Source: an uncultured virus (IMG/VR IMGVR_UViG_3300025671_000003) (taxonomy: Duplodnaviria > Heunggongvirae > Uroviricota > Caudoviricetes). Taken from it: 64,000 bases of DNA. Below are positions 58,633-64,000 of the stretch, piece by piece. Below the pieces are notes generated by a model, which did no database searches, had not been told where the DNA came from, and saw only the letters and a list, made by a program, of their open reading frames with translations. The stretch lies in the IMG/VR virus record IMGVR_UViG_3300025671_000003; one strand, written 5' to 3'. The translations under genes and the position numbers were made by a program. Every line of letters starts with the position of its first letter. Positions within the stretch are counted from its first letter, which is position 1.

Positions 58633-59604
58633 ATGGCAAAAACTAAAGGAGCAAAAAACATTAAACTTTCTACAAGTCAAAACCAAAGACTTATCGACTT
58701 ATACCAAAGCTCAAAGTCTAAGAAAGAAGTTCAGAAAATTTTATCAAAAGAGTTTGGTTGTACAGAGAGAACTATAAGAGATTTAGCAAGTAAATTAAAT
58801 CTCAATCAAATAGCATCGAATATATCCAACGATAAAATAATGGTTTACGATATTGAAACAAGTCGTGTAACTGCTGATTTATGGTGGACTGGTAAACAAT
58901 ATGTAAATTATAAACAAGTAAGCTCAGAGCCAAAGATAATTAGTATATCTTGGAAGTGGTTAGGAGATGATAAAGTTCACGCTTTAACTTGGGATAAAGA
59001 CCATTGTGACAAAGCAATGTTAGAAAAGTTTGTGCCAGAGTATAATAAAGCACTAATGGTTATCGGACAAAACAATAATATGTTTGATAACAAGTGGATA
59101 AAAACAAGAGCTGCCAAACATCGTATTCACGTTAATAGATTTGTAAAGAGTTTTGATATTTACAGAATGGCTAAAAGTACATTTAGGCTAATAAGTTATT
59201 CAATGGATTATATGGCTATGTACTTCGGTTTAACACCTAAACAATCACACGAAGGTATTTTAATGTGGGAGATGGTTGAGAAAGGCAATCCAAAAGAGCA
59301 AAAAGAGTATTTAAAAAAGATGGTAAATTATAATGTAGGAGATATTATAACTACTGAAGAACTTTACTTAACTTTACAACCGTACTTTAACAATCAGACT
59401 AATGTAGCAGTAAAGAAAGGATTACCAAAATGGGCTTGTCCAGTTAGTGGTTCTTTAAATGTTAAATTACAGAATACAATATATAGTTCAATGGGTACAA
59501 TACAAAGAATATTATATTGTGAAGAAAGCAAACAGCAATTTAAAGTAAGTAATAAGACTTACCAAGATTTTTTACAAAGAGCATCAACTAAATACTGGGA
59601 ATAA
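58633..59604 (+). CDS. HTH plus DEDD (RNase_H_2-like) exonuclease
   Basis: YDIET, GQN..MFD, YNVGD. Confidence 0.82.
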   Translation: MAKTKGAKNIKLSTSQNQRLIDLYQSSKSKKEVQKILSKEFGCTERTIRDLASKLNLNQIASNISNDKIMVYDIETSRVTADLWWTGKQYVNYKQVSSEPKIISISWKWLGDDKVHALTWDKDHCDKAMLEKFVPEYNKALMVIGQNNNMFDNKWIKTRAAKHRIHVNRFVKSFDIYRMAKSTFRLISYSMDYMAMYFGLTPKQSHEGILMWEMVEKGNPKEQKEYLKKMVNYNVGDIITTEELYLTLQPYFNNQTNVAVKKGLPKWACPVSGSLNVKLQNTIYSSMGTIQRILYCEESKQQFKVSNKTYQDFLQRASTKYWE

Positions 59605-59876
59605 TGAAAATAAGTAAATTAGAAGTAAATAAGTTAATATCTGATGAATTAGACTTATTTAAAGCTGAGTTAATACAAAAGAATGATGATTATAACAATA
59701 GTTTGCACCGTCCTAATATATTTAAACAAGAACCAATAGAGGGTTTAAAAGCTCGTATGAGTGATAAACTTAATAGAATAATATCTAAAGGCTTAGATGA
59801 TAAGACAGAGGACAGTTTAAGAGATTTATTCGGCTATTATATTCACTATAAAATTATGACTAAAGATGTTGTTTGA
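59604..59876 (+). CDS. DUF1599/nucleotide-modification-associated domain protein
   Basis: KNDDYNNS, RMSDKLNR, EDSLRDLFGY. Confidence 0.78.
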   Translation: MKISKLEVNKLISDELDLFKAELIQKNDDYNNSLHRPNIFKQEPIEGLKARMSDKLNRIISKGLDDKTEDSLRDLFGYYIHYKIMTKDVV

Positions 59877-60063
59877 GTGTTTTGTACCATATAGCCAAGC
59901 AGATGTAACAGTTATTGAAGCAAACGGTGGAGAAATAGAAGAATTTTACTTTAGTTTAGAGGAATTAATAGAGTATTGTGGGGAAGTAGAATATACTAAA
60001 ATGTCAATAGATGTAGATATGAGTGGTTTAGGCGTTGATATGACAACTTTAAAAGATAATTAG
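59866..60063 (+). CDS. Small acidic protein
   Basis: ORF track. Confidence 0.5.
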   Translation: MLFECFVPYSQADVTVIEANGGEIEEFYFSLEELIEYCGEVEYTKMSIDVDMSGLGVDMTTLKDN

Positions 60064-60528
60064 ATGAAATACTTAATAATAATATTAGCATTGCTTATAA
60101 CGTCTTGTAACCCGTTTATTTCAAAAGAGCTTAGAAGAAAAAACAAAGTAAACAGAAAATTAGAAAAGTTTGTAAAGAAGTTCCCAGAAGTATTAAAAAA
60201 AGACACTTTAATAGTAAACTTAGACACAACAATAGTAACTAATGAAGTTAGAGTTGATACTTTAGTAAGTACTAATTTTGATACTTTAGAAATAATTAAA
60301 GATAAATTCCATTTAAAACTTATTAAAACTACTGATACATTAATTATAGACGGTGGGTGTGATGCTGATACAGTTTATGTAAATGTAATTAAGAAAGTAC
60401 CTTATAATGTAGTTAAGCCAGTGCAGTTAACAATATTAGACCATATATCTAATTGGTTTAGTCGTTTTTGGTGGTGGTTAATCATTGCTTTTCTTTTATA
60501 TATAGCTTATAATAAGTTATTGAAGTAA
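60064..60528 (+). CDS. Lipoprotein with C-terminal TM; unimolecular-spanin architecture
   Basis: Lipobox LITSC; beta-rich middle; C-terminal WWWLIIAFLLY. Confidence 0.65.
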   Translation: MKYLIIILALLITSCNPFISKELRRKNKVNRKLEKFVKKFPEVLKKDTLIVNLDTTIVTNEVRVDTLVSTNFDTLEIIKDKFHLKLIKTTDTLIIDGGCDADTVYVNVIKKVPYNVVKPVQLTILDHISNWFSRFWWWLIIAFLLYIAYNKLLK

Positions 60529-60611
60529 AATTAAATTACTTGTAAATCAACAAGTTAAGTATTTATTTTAATATTTGTTTGCAAAAAGTTTGCAGATTAA
60601 AAATAAAGGTA

Positions 60612-60619
60612 TATATTTG
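60612..60619 (+). promoter_or_regulatory. TAnnTTTG early promoter with an upstream TTTG
   Basis: TATATTTG; TTTG at 60589. Confidence 0.6.
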
Positions 60620-60644
60620 TACTATAAATTTAAAACAAAACGAT

Positions 60645-60770
60645 ATGAAAAACTTATTAAACAAAATTGAAAACTTAGAAAACAAACAAGAAAACGGAAC
60701 TATAACAATGAGTGAAGAAACTCAACTTTGTAGATTAATAGAAATAGTTGAAAAATCTTTATACAAATAA
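60645..60770 (+). CDS. Small hypothetical protein
   Basis: ATG after the promoter. Confidence 0.5.
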   Translation: MKNLLNKIENLENKQENGTITMSEETQLCRLIEIVEKSLYK

Positions 60771-60771
60771 T

Positions 60772-60966
60772 ATGAGAATATTCAAACATAAGCTAAACGG
60801 TAAACACTACCGTTTAGTTATTAAACGAAAAAGTAATGTTAATACTTATGTTGAGGTTGACAATAATAATAATGTAATATTAAGAACTGGGTTTTGGACT
60901 GATAAAGAATATGAGCAGGAGGCTATAATTTATGGCTTTGATAAATTAATAGAACTAAAAAAATAA
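60772..60966 (+). CDS. Hypothetical protein
   Basis: ORF track, start moved to ATG. Confidence 0.5.
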   Translation: MRIFKHKLNGKHYRLVIKRKSNVNTYVEVDNNNNVILRTGFWTDKEYEQEAIIYGFDKLIELKK

Positions 60967-60983
60967 CAAATAAAACAAACGAT

Positions 60984-61340
60984 ATGAAAGTAATAAAAAA
61001 CATAGATTGGGATATAGATAGAGATTTTCCAGATACTAACGATATGAAAGATGAAACATATTTTGCAGATGATTGTTGGAGTGTAAAGTTTGATTGGAAT
61101 GGATATGATGTAACTGCAATAGTAGATTTAGAATTGACTTTAGCAACAACTTCTGAAACTGGTGCAAGAGGTCTTTATAACTATGATGATAGTGAAGTAC
61201 TTTACAATGTTGAAGTAGTAGGAACTCATTTAGAATTAAAAGAGTTGTATTATAAAGATGGAGAAGATTTTATTGTAGATGCTAAAGAGTTTCACGAAAT
61301 ACAAACTCAATTATTAACAGAGTTAAATATTTTAGTATGA
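60984..61340 (+). CDS. Acidic hypothetical protein
   Basis: ORF track. Confidence 0.6.
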   Translation: MKVIKNIDWDIDRDFPDTNDMKDETYFADDCWSVKFDWNGYDVTAIVDLELTLATTSETGARGLYNYDDSEVLYNVEVVGTHLELKELYYKDGEDFIVDAKEFHEIQTQLLTELNILV

Positions 61341-61582
61341 AAAACGAATACAAAAAAAGAGATGCTAAAGGCAACAAACTACCAGAGCAAATCGGTAAAG
61401 GATTAAATTTAGAACATTGTAATAAAGTACTAAAAGAAAGAGAAAACCTCTCAGAAACAGTATCATTTAGGGTTACTAAAGTAGATAAAGAGAACTTCTT
61501 AAAACAATGTAAAAAGAATAATCTTGACCCTACATTAGTAAACAGAGAATTATATAAAAATTTCGCTAACAATAAAATATAA
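61337..61582 (+). CDS. Ribbon-helix-helix-like protein
   Basis: TVSFRV...K..F...C. Confidence 0.55.
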   Translation: MKNEYKKRDAKGNKLPEQIGKGLNLEHCNKVLKERENLSETVSFRVTKVDKENFLKQCKKNNLDPTLVNRELYKNFANNKI

Positions 61583-61586
61583 TAAA

Positions 61587-62045
61587 ATGAAATTAAAAGA
61601 TTTAAAAAAAGAAATTCCATTTCAATGGAGAGTTCAACAAGCAACAGAATATGGAGCTAATTGTGTAGCATATATTGATGCAAGAGATGTTCAAGATTTG
61701 TTAGATGATGTTTGTGGTCAAGATGGATGGCAATGTAAATATGAAGAACATAAAGGTAATTTATTTTGTAGTATAGGCATAAAAATAGGAGATACTTTTG
61801 TATGGAAGTCAGACTGTGGAACTGAAAGCAATATAGAAAAACAAAAGGGAGAAAGTTCTGATGCTTTTAAACGTGCTGCTGTAATGTGGGGAATAGGTAG
61901 GTTTTTGTATTCTAAAGAGATTATAAAATTAGACTCAATGAAAAATAAAGCTGGTAAATGGGTAGCAAGTTATAACGGTAAAATACTTTATGGAAAACAA
62001 GTTTCTAAGGCTTGTAACTATATACTTGAAAATAAAGAAATATGA
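61587..62045 (+). CDS. sak: Rad52/Sak-like recombinase
   Basis: WRVQ, YIDARDV..LLD, KGESSDAFKRAAV.WGIGRFLY. Confidence 0.88.
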   Translation: MKLKDLKKEIPFQWRVQQATEYGANCVAYIDARDVQDLLDDVCGQDGWQCKYEEHKGNLFCSIGIKIGDTFVWKSDCGTESNIEKQKGESSDAFKRAAVMWGIGRFLYSKEIIKLDSMKNKAGKWVASYNGKILYGKQVSKACNYILENKEI

Positions 62046-62284
62046 AAACAAGTAAAGAATTTTTTGAAGAACTAAGAGAGGGGGATGAATACCTTTCTTG
62101 TATGATGACTAAAGAAGTTTATAACGGTATAGATTTAGAAAACAGAGAAAGAATAGTTGTTAATACAGTAAGACAAAAAAACTCTAAGTTTAAAAATGAT
62201 GAAGTTCATAAAGCATTAGTTAAGAAAGTAACTAAAGTAAATAAAGAGTTAAGAGATTATGAATTTGAAAATAACCATAAATGA
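62042..62284 (+). CDS. Hypothetical protein
   Basis: ORF track. Confidence 0.55.
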   Translation: MKTSKEFFEELREGDEYLSCMMTKEVYNGIDLENRERIVVNTVRQKNSKFKNDEVHKALVKKVTKVNKELRDYEFENNHK

Positions 62285-62637
62285 AAAATTTACTAAAACA
62301 AGTTACATTAGATAGATGTAATAGAAAAAAGGATAAAAGCGTTTCAATGACTTTTATAACACAATTAGAACAAAGCCCAGAGGAATTAATGGAAATAGAC
62401 AAACTTTTAAACGACTCTGGTGTACTTTACTTTAAGTCTAATGGTAATTTAACAAAAGAAGAAATTAAAGAGCTTGAAAGCGTTGAAATAGAAGTTGAGG
62501 GTAAAAGTAAAAGTCAAAGATTAAGAAATGTTTTATTTATTTATTGCAAACAATTAGGAAAAGAAAAAAGTTTTTCAGACTTTTACGCTAACGAAATGGA
62601 AAAGATAATTGAACACTACAAAACTAAATTAGATTAA
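62281..62637 (+). CDS. Conserved phage protein
   Basis: KSKSQRLRNVLF...FY...MEKII. Confidence 0.65.
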   Translation: MKNLLKQVTLDRCNRKKDKSVSMTFITQLEQSPEELMEIDKLLNDSGVLYFKSNGNLTKEEIKELESVEIEVEGKSKSQRLRNVLFIYCKQLGKEKSFSDFYANEMEKIIEHYKTKLD

Positions 62638-62639
62638 TT

Positions 62640-63935
62640 ATGAAGATTTATAATAAAAATAAAAATGTTTATGATGCTGCTAATGAAAGAATTGAATTTA
62701 TATTTAAAAACTTTAAAAGAATATATGTTTCATTCTCTGGTGGTAAAGATTCTGGTATAATGTTAAACTTATGTTTAGACTATATGAGAAAAAACAACAT
62801 AACTGAAAAGATAGGATTAATGGTTATGGATAATGAAGCTAACTATGAGTATTCTCTAAAGTTTATGCACGAAATAGTACAAGAAAACTTAGATTTATTA
62901 GATGTTTATTGGTGTTGTCTACCAATAACACTTCCTTGTACAGTTAGTAGTTATGAGATAGATTGGCAATGTTGGGGTGTTAATGATGAGAGTAGATGGA
63001 TTAGACCAATGCCAAAACAAGATTATATAGTGAATATAGATAATCATAAATTTGATTTCTTCCAAGAGAATATGGGATATGATGAGTTTTGGGATAAATT
63101 TGGTGATTGGTTTGCACAAGGCGAAAGTTGTGCTTGTTTGATTGGTATTCGTACTGATGAAAGTTTGAACAGGTATAGGGCTATTATGAATAAAAAGAAA
63201 GGAATGATTAATAACTTATGTTGGACAAAGAAAAATACTGAATATGTTTATAATTGTTACCCTATTTATGATTGGAGAACTGATGATGTTTGGGTTGCAA
63301 ACGCAAAGTTTGACTGGAAATATAACGAGCTTTATGATATATTTTGGAAGGCTGGTTTAACAGTAGCACAAATGAGAGTTGCAAGTCCATTTATGAGTGA
63401 AGCTAAGAGTAGTTTGAATTTATACAAGGTTATCGATTCTCACGTGTGGGCAAGACTTTGTGCAAGAGTTTCTGGAGCTAACTTTATGGCTACATATGGT
63501 AAACAGCTAAACTATCGTTCATTTTCTTTGCCAGAAGGACACACTTGGAAGAGTTTTACAAAGTTCTTGTTAGATACTTTACCTAATGAGTCTGGAGAAA
63601 ATTTTAAGAAACGCTTTATTCAGTCAATTAAGTACTGGTGGAGAATAGGGCGTGGGTTGCCAGATAATGTTATTGAAGATATGAAGGAAAATAAAATAGA
63701 ATTTATTGAGGGTGAAAAAACAAGGCACGGAAATAAGGATAAAACGTGTGTAAGAATGTTGCCCCCAGACCACCTTGATATGTTGAAATGTCATAATTCG
63801 GATGTTACAAGCTGGAAAAGATTTGCTATAACTATATTAAAAAATGACCATACTTGTAAATATTTAGGGTTAGCACCAACACACGAACAAGCAAAAAGAC
63901 AAAGAGAAATACAAACTAAATATAAAAACATATAA
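62640..63935 (+). CDS. PAPS-reductase-fold DUF3440 protein (IbrA/YbdN-like)
   Basis: SFSGGKDS, GIRTDESLNRY, YPIYDW...DVW, MRVASPF, SWKR....ILKNDH.C. Confidence 0.88.
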   Translation: MKIYNKNKNVYDAANERIEFIFKNFKRIYVSFSGGKDSGIMLNLCLDYMRKNNITEKIGLMVMDNEANYEYSLKFMHEIVQENLDLLDVYWCCLPITLPCTVSSYEIDWQCWGVNDESRWIRPMPKQDYIVNIDNHKFDFFQENMGYDEFWDKFGDWFAQGESCACLIGIRTDESLNRYRAIMNKKKGMINNLCWTKKNTEYVYNCYPIYDWRTDDVWVANAKFDWKYNELYDIFWKAGLTVAQMRVASPFMSEAKSSLNLYKVIDSHVWARLCARVSGANFMATYGKQLNYRSFSLPEGHTWKSFTKFLLDTLPNESGENFKKRFIQSIKYWWRIGRGLPDNVIEDMKENKIEFIEGEKTRHGNKDKTCVRMLPPDHLDMLKCHNSDVTSWKRFAITILKNDHTCKYLGLAPTHEQAKRQREIQTKYKNI

Positions 63936-63946
63936 AAACAAATAAG

Positions 63947-64000
63947 ATGAAAGTAAGAACTATTAAAGAAATTGAAAACACAGAAAGAGATGTTAATTTT
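63947..64000 (+). CDS. 3'-truncated ORF with an ectoine-synthase (EctC)-like N-terminus
   Basis: MKVRTIKEIENTERDVNF; only 18 codons visible. Confidence 0.4.
   Translation, partial: MKVRTIKEIENTERDVNF

Larger units (their letters stand above)
33224..64000 (+). mobile_element. Phage B: second, different siphovirus-like genome, truncated at the window end
   Basis: Second non-homologous terminase, capsid, portal, tape measure and lysis set; different oligonucleotide usage. Confidence 0.85.

Noticed and set aside
3209..63119. Minus-strand ORFs in the track other than rusA (e.g. 3945..4355, 4389..4886, 48573..49055)
   Set aside because: They are antisense shadows of well-supported + strand genes and have no recognisable motifs
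62640..63935. cysH sulfate-assimilation auxiliary metabolic gene
   Set aside because: Length and C-terminal motifs fit DUF3440/IbrA rather than CysH, and there are no other cys genes
1..64000. Stop-codon reassignment, tRNA or rRNA genes
   Set aside because: Standard-code ORFs tile the window densely using all three stops; no cloverleaf or rRNA-like segment was seen by eye

Overview
The window is entirely AT-rich tailed-phage DNA, almost all coded on the + strand. It contains two different siphovirus-like genomes head to tail. Phage A (1-33223) looks complete and circularisable: bases 1-116 recur exactly at 33224-33339. It has an HK97-type terminase-portal-protease-capsid block, tail, lysis, recombination/replication genes and two tandem DNA methyltransferases. 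Phage B (~33224 to past 64000) is truncated and has an unrelated TerL, a ClpP-type protease and an unusual tail-before-head gene order. TAnnTTTG promoter motifs before most operons indicate a Bacteroidota host for both. The join may be an assembly chimera or a real cointegrate. Highlights: (1) each phage carries its own promoter-bounded glycan-modification module inside the virion genes (several glycosyltransferases plus an LpxA-like acyltransferase, and a split AsnB amidotransferase in B), a candidate virion-glycosylation system; (2) a micro-gene cassette region in which short conserved anchors flank swappable segments; (3) opposite short-motif avoidance in A and B that exposes imported modules; (4) a lectin-domain module shared by both phages and fused to the tail terminator in A; (5) a kissing-loop leader RNA candidate; (6) an IbrA/DUF3440-type PAPS-reductase-fold gene followed by an EctC-like N-terminus. 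All family calls come from motif recognition by eye, not from database searches.
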